Positions 25,740-39,230 of a stretch of 64,000 nt of DNA are shown one piece after another. A model generated the notes under the pieces. That model made no database searches. It saw only the letters and a list, made by a program, of their open reading frames with translations, and was not told the origin of the DNA. Origin of the DNA: Chiloscyllium plagiosum. Taxonomy: Eukaryota. The first letter of the stretch is position 1. The number at the start of each line of letters is the position of its first letter. The stretch lies in NCBI RefSeq assembly GCF_004010195.1, contig NC_057745.1:10194637-10258636 (forward strand), read 5' to 3'. The position numbers and the translations under genes are program-made.

Positions 25740-27020
25740 CGTAGAGAAAATAAAATTAATGACTCGTTATCCAAATGCATGAAACATTTGTAGGAAGGTA
25801 AATGAACCAATGGATTAAAATTAGAACTGATCATCATTACAGGGACATCTTTATAAGATGATCAAGTTTACAAAATAAATATTTCAGTGTACGTAACATT
25901 TCAAACTGACAGGCAGAGTGGAACTGAATAAAGAGTAGCCCTGATGTTAAAGGATGGCATAGGACAATTATGAAAAAAGATAGGTTTTCAGAAGTTCAGG
26001 AATTTAGAATCAGTGTGGGCAGAGATTGGGAAGAGCAGTTGTCATAATGATTCAAACAAAGAGACCAAGAGTTATATATCTAAAGTTTCTAAGTTAAATG
26101 GAACTATAGCTCTGAGGAGGACAAAAAGAAGCTACAGACCGATTAAGTGAGTTGGTAACCAGATGTTAGACGGATGTACAGCAAGCAATAAGAGTTTAAA
26201 GGCAAGTTGATACTTTATTGCAAGGAGATTGGAATATGTGAGTAAAGCTTACTACAGTTGTAAATGGCTTTGGTGAGATCACATCTGGAATATTGTGCAA
26301 TGTCGTAGTCTTCATATCCAAGGAAGGATATTCTTGTCTAGGAGGTGATACAGTTAAGGTTTTACTAAGTTGGTTCCTAGGATAAGAGCATTGTCTTATG
26401 ATGACAGACTGAGACATTTGGACCTATGCTCTCTGATGCTTAGAAAAATGAGATGATCTCATTGAAACATAAGGATTTTGACAGTTTTAGACACTAAGGA
26501 GAAAATGCAGACTGCAGATGCTGGAAATCAGAGTCAAGAGTGTGGTGCTGGAGAAGCACAGCAGGTCAAGCAGCATCCAAGGAGCAGGAGAATTGACATT
26601 TTGGGAATAAGTCTTTCAGCCTGATGAAGGGCTTATGCCTGAAATGTTGATTTGCCTGGTCCTCAGATGCTGCCTGGCCTGTTGTGGTTTTCCAGCACTA
26701 CACTCTCGAGATTAGACACTACAATAGTTTCCCTTGACTAAAGAGTGTGGAATATGGGGACAATGGGTCAATCATGGAGACCTGAGATGAAGAGAAATAC
26801 CTTCATTTAAGATAATTGTGAATCTCTGCTGTTGTCTATTGTAGTTGCTTGTTTCTTGAGTATGCTCAAGACTGAGATTTGATAGGTTTTGCATTTCTCC
26901 AAGAATTAAAAGCTTTGGGAAGCACCAAGAAAGTGAACTTTAACTTGCAGTTCAGTCATAAATGGCAGAGCACACTCGTGGAGTAGGATGATATATTCAT
27001 GCTCCTACCTCTTATACTCT
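25740..27020 (+). mobile_element. Old, internally deleted CR1 ORF2
   Basis: APE start (ccaaatgcatgaaacatt), LVRSHLEYC motif, 3' end. Confidence 0.6.
26497..26711. mobile_element. Penelope-derived fold-back mini-element (family A) with 10-bp TSD
   Basis: TSD ttagacacta at 26487-26496 and 26712-26721; plus-strand ctgatgaagggcttatgcctgaaatgtt at 26621-26648. Confidence 0.8.
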
Positions 27021-27519
27021 TAAATGTGGAATATAGCAAGAGACACCAATTGCTCAGATCCTTGAGCCCGTTCTAGTACTAGATCACGTCTACAGTCTTT
27101 TGAATCTAACACCTACTTCCTGATCACATCCATAAATGTCACTTTTATGTCTGAACTGTTCCAGAGAAGGAACTATTTTCATTCTATTTACACTACCAGG
27201 CTTGTTACATTAGCTTAATCATATATATTATAATTCTTTTGATAATTTAGAAAATACAAGTCCAGTCTTTGAAGCATATCCTCATCATTTTAGCCTTTTA
27301 ATCCAGGTATCATTCTGATGGATTTGTACTCATCCTCCTCTTATCCCTAAGGTGTAGGGCTTAATATGCAGAACACTAAATGATGTCTATCAGGAGCTTT
27401 AGACAGCTGTAATGTCATTTTTGCTCCTTTATGCCGGGCCTGTTAAAATGCTTATTTAATTATTTTGTGTGACTGCCTTCTACAATACTTCGTTACCATT
27501 TTAATGTTGTAATTTGTTC

Positions 27520-28420
27520 CAAGACTTTTAACAAGAGCAGTCATGGAGCAAACATTGACATTGATTCACATTGAAGATCTTTGTGTCCTCAATCTTTTGC
27601 TTTGCCAAAGCTTTTATTTTCCTGTGCAGAGTTAGGCAAACAGAGGGAGGACATTTCACAGCCAATGGCACTGGTAACTGATGACATGACTGTCAATGGT
27701 TCAATGACGACAATCAAGGATGTATAGGAATAGAGAGCTGGAAGGTTAAAAAGTTATAGGGACAGTAGGGTATCAGAGATATCTTGGGCGAAAGTCAATG
27801 AATGGATTCAAAAACCACAAGAATTGTAAAACTGACGCATTGCCTGACTGGAGCTGATGTGAGTCACAGAGTAAAGAGATGATATGTAATCAAGGTCTGG
27901 GGAAGTTCAGGTTTTTAGATGGAACACCCGGTCACGGGAGCACTGAAGAAGCAAGCTTAGAAATAACGAAGACCTGGAAGAAAGCTTCTGTAGCTGAGGA
28001 AGAGGCTGAGATGGGAAACATTATAAAGTCAGTATATGTTCAGAAGCTCATCTTGAAATTAAGTGGGATGCTGAAGTGATTTTGCTTCAATTTCAGACAG
28101 TGTGAAGGGAGAGGGAAGAGGTTAGTGGCTAATGGGTGGAGTTTATATTTTCAGTTTTCCCAATATTTAGTTGGAGCTAATAGTTGGGCCTTCTACATAC
28201 AGCATGAAAACTCAGACACAAGGGAGGTTAAGAGAACTGCTGAAAAATTGCAATTGTCATCAGTGTAGATGTGGAACCTATTGGTTTGTTTTTAGACAAT
28301 GTTGCTGAGGGCTAGTGTAGAGATGAGGAATCAAGATGGACCAGGACAGCTCCTTGCAGATCCATGAGTAACACTTCAGGAATGGAGAAAGAAGCTGTTT
28401 CCAATGATTTTGAAATTGCT
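27520..28420 (-). mobile_element. Old L2-like LINE RT fragment
   Basis: Minus strand ~28255-28372 encodes degenerate QGAVLVHLDSSS...FHIYTDDNCN (QGSVLGP...YADD equivalents). Confidence 0.5.
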
Positions 28421-28435
28421 TAATTTTTTCAGTAG

Positions 28436-31400
28436 CAGCAGTAGTGGAAGAAGCGACCAGGGGCCTGCCGAGAAGGTAAATTTGAAAATTATATAAGCTT
28501 GCCTTGTGAATAGGTGGAGCGCATGCTGAGCAGGAGTGGACATGGGACTGCTGAGTAAGTGAAGTAACATATTTGGGTTGCGTCTCCCACCCATCCTCCT
28601 CCTCTAACTGGAAAAAAAGTTTCTGTGTGCTGAATTGGTAAGGTAACTAGCTTTTTTAAAATTCTTTATTTTTCTACAGTCTCTTTGGGAATTTAGAACA
28701 GCATCAATGGCAGTTAGGGCAGTTGAATGTTCATCCTACAGAATATGGGAGATAAGGGTCACCACCAGTGTCCCTGCTGACTTCATCTGAGGGATGTACA
28801 CCTAACTCCAGCTCCTCAAAAACCAAGTTAGGGAACTGGAGCTGCAGTTGGATGCAATTCGGATCATTCAGGAGGCAGAGGGTGTTACTGAGAGGAGTTA
28901 CAGGGAGGTAGTCACACCTCAGGTGCAAGAAAGAGGCAGATGGGTTACAGTCAGGGGACAGAAAGGGAACTATCAAGCAGTGCAGGGAACCCCTGTGGTC
29001 GCTTCCCTCAATAACAAGTATACCGTTTTGGATACTGTTGGGGGGATGACCTGCTGGGGTAAGCCATGGGGTACAGGTCTCTAGCACAGAATCTGTCCCC
29101 GTTGCTCAGAAGGGAAGGGGGGGGAGATTAGCAGAGCATTAGTCATTGGGGACTCTATATAGTTAGGGGGACAGATAGGATGTTCTGTGGGAAAGAGAGA
29201 CTCATAGTTAATGTGTTGCCTCCCAGGTGCCAGGGTTTGTGATGTCTCAGATCGTGTTTTAGGGATCCTTGAGGGGGAGGGAGAGCAGCCCCAGTCATGG
29301 TCCATATAAGTACTAAAGACATAGATAGGAAAAAGGATGGGGATGTAAAGCAGAAATTTGGAGAGCTAGGATGGATGCTTAGTGCAAGAGCAAACAATTG
29401 TTATCTCTGGTTTGTTGCCCGTGCTACTTGTTAGCAAGACGAGGAATAGGGAGAGAGCAGTTGAACACGTAGCTACAGGGATGGTGCAGGCGGGAGGGTT
29501 TTGGATAAATGGATAACTGGGGCTCATTCTGTGGGTAGGTGGGGCCACTACAAACAGGATGGTCTACACCTGAACCAGAGGGGTACTAATATCCTGGGGG
29601 AGAATTTTGCAAAGGCTATTTGGGAGGGTTTAAACTAATTTGGCAGGTGGCTGGGAGCCTAAATTGTAGTCCAGTGTCCAGAAGAGTAGTGAGGTCAGAA
29701 ATGAGATTTCAAGGTCACAATAATTCACCAGCAAGCAGGAAGGTGGTTTGAAGTGTATCTACTTCAATGCCAGGAGCATCTGGAATAAGATGGGTGAACT
29801 TGCAGCATGGGTTGGTACCTGGGACTTCGATGTTGTGGCCATTTCAGAGACATGGATAGAGCAGGGGCAGGAATGGATGTTGCAGGTTCCGGATTTTGAT
29901 GTTTCAGTAAGAACAGGAGATTGTAAAAGAGGGGGTGGTGTCAAAGACAGTATTACGGCTGCAGAAAGGGAGGACTCGTCTACTGAGGTAGTATGGGCTG
30001 AGGTTAGAAACAGGAGAGGAGAGGTCCCCCTTTTGGAAGTTTTCTATAGGCCTCCAAATTGTTCCAGAGATGTAGAGGAAATGAGAGCAAAAATAATTCT
30101 GGATAGGCGCAAGAGTAACAGGATAGTTATTATGGGGGCCTTTAACTTTTCAAATATTGACTGGAAATACCGTAGTTCGAGTACTTTTAGATGAGTCAGA
30201 TTTTGTCCAATGTGTGCAGGAGGGCTTCCTGACACAGTATGTAGACAAGCCAACAAGGGGCGAGGCCACATTGGATTTGGTACTGGGTAACAAACCTGGC
30301 CAGGTGTTAGGTTTGGAGGTAGGTGAGCACTTTGGTGATAGTGTCCACAATTCGATTATATTTACTTTATTGATGGAAAGGGATAGGTATATAATGCAGG
30401 GCAAGAGTTATTACTAGGGGAAAGGTAATTGTGATGTGATTAGGTAAGATTTAGCATGCACAGAATGGGGAAGGAAACTGCAGGGGATGGGCACAATTGA
30501 AATATGGAGCTTATTCAAGGAACAGCTACTGCATGCCCTTGATACGCATGTACCTGTCTAACAGGGAGGAAGTGGTTGAGCGAGGGAGCCATGGTTTACT
30601 AAACAAGTTGAATCTCTTGTCAAAAGGAAGAAGGAGTCTTATGTTAGGATGAGATGTGAAGGCTCACTTAGGGTGCTTGCGAGCACAAGTTAGCCAGGAA
30701 AGACCTAAAGAGAGCATGAGGAAAAGCCAGGAAAGAACATGAGAAGTTGTTGGCAGGTAAGATCAAGGAAACCCCGTCAGTATTCACACTGGAAAAAGAC
30801 AATATTGTCGAAGAATATTGAGATACAGGCTACTCGACTAGATTGGATTGAGGTTCACAAGGAGGAGGTGTTAGCAATTCTACAAAGTGTGAAAATAGGT
30901 AAGTGCCCTGGTCTGGATAGGATTTTTCCTAGGATCCTCTAGGAAGCCAGGGAGGAGATTGCAGAGCCTTTGGCTTTGATGTTTATGTCGCTATTGTCGA
31001 CAAGAAAAGTGCCAGAAAACTGGAGGTTAGCAAATATTGTCCCCTTGTTCAAGAAGGGGAGTAGAGGCAACCCTGGTAATTAAAGACCAGTGAGCCTTAC
31101 TTCGGTTATGGATAAAGTATTGGAAAAGGTTATAACAGATAGGATTTATAATTATCTAGAGAGGAATAAGTTGATTAGGGATAGTCAACCTGGTTTGTGA
31201 AGGGTAGGTTGTGCCTCGCAAACCTTATTGAGTTCTTTGAGATGGTGACCAAACAGTGGATGAGGGCAAAGTGGTTGATGTGGTGTATTTGGATTTCAGT
31301 AAGGCATTTGATAAGGTTCCCCATGGTAAGCTATTGCATGAAATACGGAAACATGGGATTGAGGGTGATTTAGCTGTTTGGTCAGAAATTGGTTAGCTGA

Positions 31401-32386
31401 AAGAAGACAGAGGGTGGTGGTTGATGAGAAATGTTCATCCTGGAGTTCAATTACTAGTGGTGTACCACAAGGATCTGTTTTGGGGCCACTGCTGGTTGTC
31501 ATTTTTATAAATGAGGGTGAGGGTGTAGAAATATGGGTTAGTAAATTTGCAGATGACATGAAGGTCAGTGGAGTTGTGGATAGTGATGAAGAACGTTACA
31601 GGTTACAGAGGGACAAGGTCAGCTGCAGAGCTGGACTGAGGTGGTAAATGGTATTTAATGTGGAAAGGTGTGAGGTGATTGGAGGAAAGAGTACTGGGTT
31701 AATGGTAAGATTCTTGATAGTGTTGATGACCAGAAAGATTTCGGTGTCCGTGTACAGAGATCCCTGAAAGTTGCCAACCAGGTTGATAAGGTTGTTAAGA
31801 AGGCACGTGGTGTGTTAGAGGGATTGAGTTTTGGTGCCATGAGATCATGCTGCAGCTGTACAAAATTCTGGTGCACCAACACTTGGAGTATTGCGTACAG
31901 TTCTGGTCACCACATTATAGGAAGGATGTGGAAGCTTTGGAAAAGGTTCAGAAGGGATTTCCTGGTGTGGAGGGAAGTTCTTACGAGGAAAGTTTGAGGA
32001 ACTTGAGGCTGTTTTTGTTGGAGAGAAGAAGGTTGGGAGGTGACTTAATTGAAACATATAGGTTAATCAGAAAGTTAGATAGGGTGGACAATGAGAGCCT
32101 TTTTCCTCCAATGGTGATGGCTAGCCCAAGGGGACATAGTTTTAAATTGAGGGGTGATGGAGATAGGACAGATGTCAGAGTTTCTTTACTCAGTAGTAGG
32201 GGCGTGGAATGCCCTGCTTGCAACAGTAGTAGACTCACCAACTTTAAGGGCATTAATCCGAATGGTTATTGGATAAACATATGGATGAAAATGGAATAGT
32301 GTAGGATAGATAGGCTTCAGATTGGTTCCTTGGTGCAACATCGAGGGCTGAAGGTCCTGTTCTGGGCTGTAATGTTCTATGTTCTA
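28436..32386 (+). mobile_element. Near full-length CR1 LINE (decayed ORF1 zinc finger + esterase, ORF2 APE-RT)
   Basis: ORF1 MAVRAVECSS, LVIGDSI, DGLHLNQRG; ORF2 YFNARSI..VAISETW, GVPQGSVLGPLL, KFADD; (tgttcta)n tail. Confidence 0.93.
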
Positions 32387-32494
32387 TTTTCTGCCTGTCG
32401 CTGGAGAGATGTTAATGAAATTAAATGCTATTAATCTCAGCCAGGAGTATATTGGAGAAACCTTGACAGAGGATGGGGAGAGATGTTGCCAGAA

Positions 32495-35400
32495 TACAAA
32501 GAACAAAGAAAATTTACAGCCCAGGAACAGGCCATTCGGCCCTCCAAGCCTGAGCCGATCCAAATGTAGTGTCTAAACCTGTCGGTCAATTCCTAAGCAT
32601 CTGTATCCCTCTGCTCCCCACCTACTCATGCATTTGTCGAGATGTATCTTAAATTAATCTACCGTGCCTGTCTCTACCAACTCTGCTGGCAACGCATTCC
32701 AGGCGCCCACCACCCTCTGTGAAGTACTTGTCAAGTGTATCCCCTTTAAACTTTCCACCTCTCACCTTGAAAGCGTGACCTCTCATTATTGAATCCTTCA
32801 CCCTAGGAAAAAGCTTCTCTCTAGCCACCCTGTCTATACCCTTCATGATTTTGTAAATCTCAATCAGGTCCCCTCTCAATCTTCTTTTTTCTAATGAAAA
32901 TTAACCTAACCTTCTCAACCTCTCTTCATAGCTAGCACCTTCCATACCAGCTTCTCAACCTCTCTTCATAGCTAGCACCTTCCATACCAGGCACCATCCT
33001 CGTAAACCTTCGCTGCACCCTCTCCAAAGCATTCACATCCTTTTGGTAACGTGGCAACCAGAACTGTACACAATATTCTAAATGTGGCCAAACCAATGTC
33101 TTGTACAATTTTTTAACATGACTTGCCAGCTCTTATACTCAATACCCCGTCCAATGAAGGCAAGCATACTATATGCCTTCTTGACCACTCTATCCACCTG
33201 TGCAGCAACCTTCACAGTACAATGGACCTGTACTCCCAGATCTCTCTGCCTATCAACTTTTCTCAAGGCTCTTCCATTCATTGTATAATTCGCTGTAGAA
33301 TTAGTCTTGCCTAAATGCATCACCTCACATTTGTCTGGATTGAAAACCATCTGCCACTTTTCCGCCCAACTCTCCAGTCTATCTATATCCTCCTGTATTC
33401 TCTGACAGTCCCTTATGCTTTCTGCTACTCCACCAGTCTTCGTGTCACCTGCAAACTTGCTGATCATACCAACAGTGCCCTCTTCCAGATCATTTATGTA
33501 TATTACAAACAACAGTGGCCCCAACACTGACCCCTGTGGAACACCACTGGTCACCTTTCTCCATTTCAAGAAACTCGCTTCAACTACTATTCTCTGTCTC
33601 CTGTTGCTCAACCAGCTCTTTATCCACCTAGCTAGAACACCCTGCACACCATGTGACTTCACTTTCTCCATTCGTCTACCATGGGGAACTTTATCAAATG
33701 CCTTACTGAAGTCCATGTATATGACATCAACAGCCCTTCCTTCATCTATCAACTTGGTCACTTCCTCAAAGAACTCTATTAAGTTGGTAAGGCATGATCT
33801 CACCCGCACAAAATCAAGTTGCCTATCACTGATAAGCCCATTCTTTTTTAAATATAAATAGATCCTATCCCTCAGTACCTTCTCCAGCAACTTTCCCACC
33901 ACTGACATCAGGCTCACTGGTCTGTAGTTACCCTGAATATCCCTACTACCCTTGCATAGGGGACAACATAAGCAACCCTCCAGTAATCCGGCACCTCACC
34001 TGTATTTAAGGACGCCACAAAGATATCTGTCAGGACCTCAGCTATTTCCTTTCTTGCCTCCCTCAGCAACATGGGATAGATCTCATCCAGTCCTGGGGAT
34101 TTATCCACCTTAATAACCGCTAGCCTACTCAACACATCTTCCCTACTTATGTCAATGTGATCCAGACTAATCAAACTTCTATCTCTAATCTCAACATTCA
34201 TCATGTTCCTCTCCTCAGTGAACACTGATGCAAAGTAATCATTCAGAATCTCACCCATTCTCTCAGGTTTGACACACAGCCTTCCTTCATTATCCTTTAG
34301 TGGATCAATCCTTTCTCTTGTTACCCGCTTGCTTCTTGTATAAGCATAAAATGCTTTGGGATTCTCCTTAATTCTGCTCGCTAAAGCTATTTCATGACCT
34401 CTTTTAGCCTGCTTGATTCCTCATTTAAGACTAATCCTACTCTTCCGATATTCTTCTAGGGCCTGTTCTGTTCTTAGCTGCCTAGACCTTATGTACGCTT
34501 CCCTTTTCCTCTTGGCTAGTCATACAATTTCTCCTGTCATCCACGGTTCATGAATCTTGCCCTTCCTATCCTTTGACTTCAGCAGGACATGCCTATCCTG
34601 CACTATCTTTAACTTATCTTTGAAAGCCTCCCACATCTCAAATGTGGACTTCCCTTCAAATAGCTGTGTCCAATCCACATTTCTGAGCTCCTGCCTAATT
34701 TTGATATAATTGGTCATGGCCCAGTTTAGGATCTCTTTTATCTATGAGTATTCTAAAACTTACAGAATTGTGGTCACTGTTCCCAAAGAAATCCCCCACC
34801 GCAACTTCAACCACCTGGCCTGGCTCGTTCCCCAGTACTAGGTCCAATATGGCCCCTTCCCTCATTGGACTATTGACATACTGCTCTAGAAAACTCTCCT
34901 GGACGCTTCTTACAAATTCAACCCCATTCAGACCTCAGACGTTAAGTGTATCCCAGTCAATGTTGGGAAAATTAAAATCTCCCATCACCACTACCCTATT
35001 GCCTCTACATCTTTCAATAATCTATTTACCTACTTGTTCTTCTATCTCACGCTCACTGTTGGGAAGCCTGTAATACAGCCCCAACAATGTAACTGAACCC
35101 TTCTTATTTCTCAGCTCTACCCATAATGCCTCACTGTTCAATCCCGCCATAGTATGCTCCTTTAGCACAGCCGTGATATCATCCTTGACCAATGCAACTC
35201 CACCTCTCCTTTTACTTCCCTCCCTGTCCTGTCTGAAGCGTCTATATCCTGAAACACTTAATTGCCAATCATCATGCCCTTCCTTCAACCAAGTCTCTGT
35301 GATTACAATAACGTCATACTCCCAGGCACCAATCCAAGCTCTAAGTTCACCTGCCTTACACACTATACTCCTTGCATTAAAGTAGATGTATTTCAGGCCA

Positions 35401-35692
35401 CCAGTTTTTTTTGCACTCCTCTGCTCTCTGCCTACTCTTCCCTTTAGTAATGCTATCTTCATAATTCTTACAGTCTCCAGTCTCCACCTTGCTGCCTACT
35501 CGTTTTCTCCTCTGGTTTCCAGCCCCCTGCCACATTAGTTTAAAACCACCCCAACAGCAGTAGCAAAAACTCCCCCAAGGACATTGGTTCCGGTCTGGTT
35601 CAGATGTAGACTGTCCTTTTTGTAATCGTCCCACCTTCCCTAGAACCTGTCCCAATGTCCAACAAATCTGAACCCCCTCCCTCCTACACCAT
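32495..35692 (-). mobile_element. Younger CR1 LINE, 5'-truncated in ORF1
   Basis: ORFs 33078-33917 (RT), 35022-35462 (APE); (ttctttg)n tail; exact 40-bp tandem duplication 32911-32990. Confidence 0.93.
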
Positions 35693-35894
35693 CCTACACC
35701 AATAGGCAGGGAAGAAATTGTGCTTGGGAGACAGGGCAGAATGGACACATGAATGGGGACAACACAAGGATATGTTCAGATATTGCTTTGCATTTGATGG
35801 CTCAATGGCAGTGTAGCGCCCAATAGAAATGATTGAGAATCTTACTGTCATGGGAAGGTGAGATTACATGTGCAATAAAAAGCAGTGAGCTAAT

Positions 35895-36125
35895 TAGCTC
35901 AGTGGTTAGCACTGCTGCCACACTGCCTGGGACCTGGCTCCGATTCCAGCCGTGGGTGACTGTGTAGAGTTTGCACATTCTCCCGTGTCTGCGTGGGTTT
36001 CCTCCGGGTGCTCCAGTTTCTTCCCACAATCCAAATATGTCCAAGTTAGGTGAATTGGCTGCGCTAAGTTGTCCACAGTGTTCAGAGATGTATAGGTTGG
36101 GTGCATTAGTCAGGGGTATGTATGG
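35895..36125 (+). mobile_element. HE1-like V-SINE (partial)
   Basis: tRNA head and V domain. Confidence 0.8.
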
Positions 36126-36940
36126 ATCTTGAAGGATTTTTAGTAGGTTTAAGCTCCAATGGGAGCATTGCACAGGAACAATAGTGAAAGAGGTGGGTGG
36201 GGCATGGTTGCTTCTTAGAAAGAGATGACAATGAGTACCTTGTTGGTTCTTCAGGAAATGCTAAGACATCCACAGAAGAAAGCTATTGTCTCATCTCAGA
36301 CTGTTTTAAGCTTGGAGTGATGGCATGATATTGGAAAGACTAAGGTATAACTGGTTGGGCTATGGATTTGCAAGGAAAACAGTACCGTAGGAGGAAGAAA
36401 TGAGAAGAGACAGGATGAAAGGAGAGACATGTCTAGGAAAGATAAAGAACAGTGAATAAGAAAAGGTTAATTAGAGATTACAGGCTCAAGTCTGAAATAT
36501 CAGTAGTGAATGCACACAGGAAAACTCAAGTTACATAAATTTGGTTAAGAAGGAGAAAAGGTACACCCATTTAGGACTGAGATTAGGGAGAAATTTCTTA
36601 ATCCAGAGAGTGGTGAGCCTGTGGAATACTCAACCACATAAAGCAGTCTGGATGCAGCAAGCCGGGCTCAAGGGAGAAATGGGAAGATGCTGTTGAGTCA
36701 GATGATCAGCCATAGTCCTAATGAGTGATGGAGCAGACTCAAATGTCTGAATGGATTGCTTCTGCCCTATTTTCTATGTTTCTATGACACAAAGCAACAT
36801 TAGAATGGATGTGACCTGATAATAAAGGAAATAGACAGCAGAGAATTGGAGGGATTCCAATGCTAATTAAAAAATGGAACATATTGTTAACATTCAGCAA
36901 GTCTGACATTTTCTGTACAGGCAGTAACAAAGTTGATGTT

Positions 36941-37218
36941 TTAGATTAGATTACTTACAGTGTGGAAACAGGCCCTTCGGCCCAACACCGACCCACCGAA
37001 GCGTAACCCACCCATTCCCCTACATTTACCTAACACTACGAGCAATTTAGCATGGCCAATTCACCTGATCTGCACATCTTTGGACTGTGGGAGGAAACCC
37101 ACACAGACATGGGGAGAATGTGCAAACTCCACACAGTCAGTCGCCTGAGTCGGGAATTGAACCCGGGTCTCTGGTACTGTGAGGCAGCAGTGCTAACCAT
37201 TGTGCCACCATGCTGCCC
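36941..37218 (-). mobile_element. HE1-like V-SINE
   Basis: As 6944-7255. Confidence 0.88.
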
Positions 37219-37619
37219 ACAAAACTCCCCCAATGTCCTTGGGGGAGTTTTGGTCAATGAATTTTTATGAGAATGTTATGGAGTGCAGCATACTGTTCTA
37301 AATGGCTTATTATGATGCTATTGTCAGTTGGAAAGTTCTTAAAAACCAGTTTCCACCAGCAAGTTAATGTGCCCTCCCCATCTCTTCCACAAAATATGCT
37401 AAATCACCTTTTCTCCTCTCATATTTATGCTGTGGCAATAAATTATCTGTAAAAAGTTTGACTACACACTAAATTACAGCAGTACTTCCTATGAAAGTAG
37501 AACAATTCAAAACTTGAGACACAAGCAGTTAATTCTCAAGGCAAATTAACAATAAGCCATCCACCACCAAAACAGGTTGGTGTGCATACCAGGCAAATGA
37601 TCATGCATGGTCAACCACA

Positions 37620-37765
37620 TAAGGATTAATATTGCACAATCACAAATTTAAGGATATATATATACCGGCTGTTTAACGTGACTGGAGTCTTTGCTTTATT
37701 TGCAGTCTCAGGTTCCTGGAGTAGAAGACTTGCGGCTTTGTTTGATTTCTGCCTTATCAGTAAGT
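37620..37765 (+). promoter_or_regulatory. Putative promoter and 5' non-coding exon of UGT copy 2 (TATA-like 37654-37664; donor CTTATCA|GTAAGT, GT at 37760)
   Basis: TATATATA run ~100 nt before a donor paralogous to those of copies 1 and 3; HNF1-like GATTAATATTG upstream. Confidence 0.6.
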
Positions 37766-39180
37766 AGAAGTTTGTAATGTCATGATAAAATGTTTGATAA
37801 TCCAGGTAAAATCATCATAGTCTTACCAGAGTGAAGAGCTGTTCTCCCATTAGAGAGAGCTGACTGGTGTTGGTTTAATCTGAGGTGCAGTACATCTCAG
37901 GCAAAGGGAAAGGTTGAGTAGGAGAGTCCCTCATGGTAACCCCAGCCTTAAGTCTACAAGATTAAAAAGTCTTTCAAACATGTAGAATAGACCCCCTTTG
38001 GTAAGACAAGTTGTTTTGTATTTAACTTATGTTCAACAATATTGCAGGCAGCCTAAATAGTTATACTATGTTCATACTGAGAGAATACAATAGAATGATT
38101 GAGAATCTCATGGAACTTGTTGTTCCTGTGGTTGGAACCTGCTGCTTCTTGCTCACCAGCTGAAAATCCAACACTTTCTGATTCTGTTTCCAAATGTTTA
38201 TTTCACACAAGAAGCTATTTAGCCTGCAGCTCAGATATCTTTAATATATTGGCAAGTCCAAACACAATTGAGACAAATGTCCTGGAGTAAGTATAATATG
38301 CATTTATAGGAAGAGTGAAAATTCAGAATATTTTTTAAAGGTCATGAAAGTTTGCATTCATAAGAACTAAGGTGTTCTTTCTCACAATTTATAGAAACTT
38401 AATCTGCAAACAGAACAAGCAATTATGAAGGCAAATTGAATGATTGCCTTTATTGCAAGGGGGTTGCTTATAAAAGGAGGGATGTCATATTGCAAGCACA
38501 GATGAAGCGGGTGAGGTTACACCTTGAATAATGTGTACAGTTTTGGTTGCCTTACCTAAAGGTAGAAAGATGTTTTTAATCAATCTATTAAATATGTCAT
38601 GACACAACTCCAAAGAAGCAGGACATGAACCTGGTAATTCTGGCTCAGCGATAGGGATACTGTGCAAGACTATTAGACACCCTTCCTAAGGGTGGATGGA
38701 CTGACTTTGGAGGGAACGCAAAGAATATTCACTAAATTAATCCAGCGAATACGAGGCTGGGTTGATTAGAATTAGGTTACATTCAGTGGAACTTAGAAAA
38801 TTGAGGTAATCAGTTTGTATTGTACAAAATTCTTCGGGAACTTGACAGCTGCAAGGACTATTCCTTTGGAGAGAGAGTCTAGATCTTGGTTCATGGTATC
38901 CGGAGTAGAGGGTATCCATTTCGGACTGAAATATGGCAAAATATCTTCATTTCAGGGCTGTAACTCTTTGGAAATCTCATCTCAGCAAGCTGCAAATACA
39001 TGCTACAAAATCATTGAGTCCATTCAAATTGGAAGTAAGGGAAATGAGATTAAGACTGGAGATTGGTATTGATACAGAAGTTCAACCATGGTCTTATTGA
39101 ATAGTTGAAGTAAATTCAAGGCCCCTATACTTTATTACTGATGCTTATTTATTTGTCTCCAGATATTCCAATTCATGTTA

Positions 39181-39214
39181 TCAATATTTCTATTCAATTC
39201 TCCAATAGGATCTG
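39181..39214 (+). promoter_or_regulatory. Splice acceptor of UGT copy 2 coding exon (TAG|GATCTG, exon starts 39209)
   Basis: tcaatatttctattcaattctccaatAG, matches copy 3 tcaatatttatcttcaattctccaaaAG. Confidence 0.75.
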
Positions 39215-39230
39215 ACTGTTTCATCCGAAT

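Noticed and set aside
28436-35692. Large inverted repeat formed by tail-to-tail CR1s
   Set aside because: Different subfamilies with different tails and ages; independent insertions
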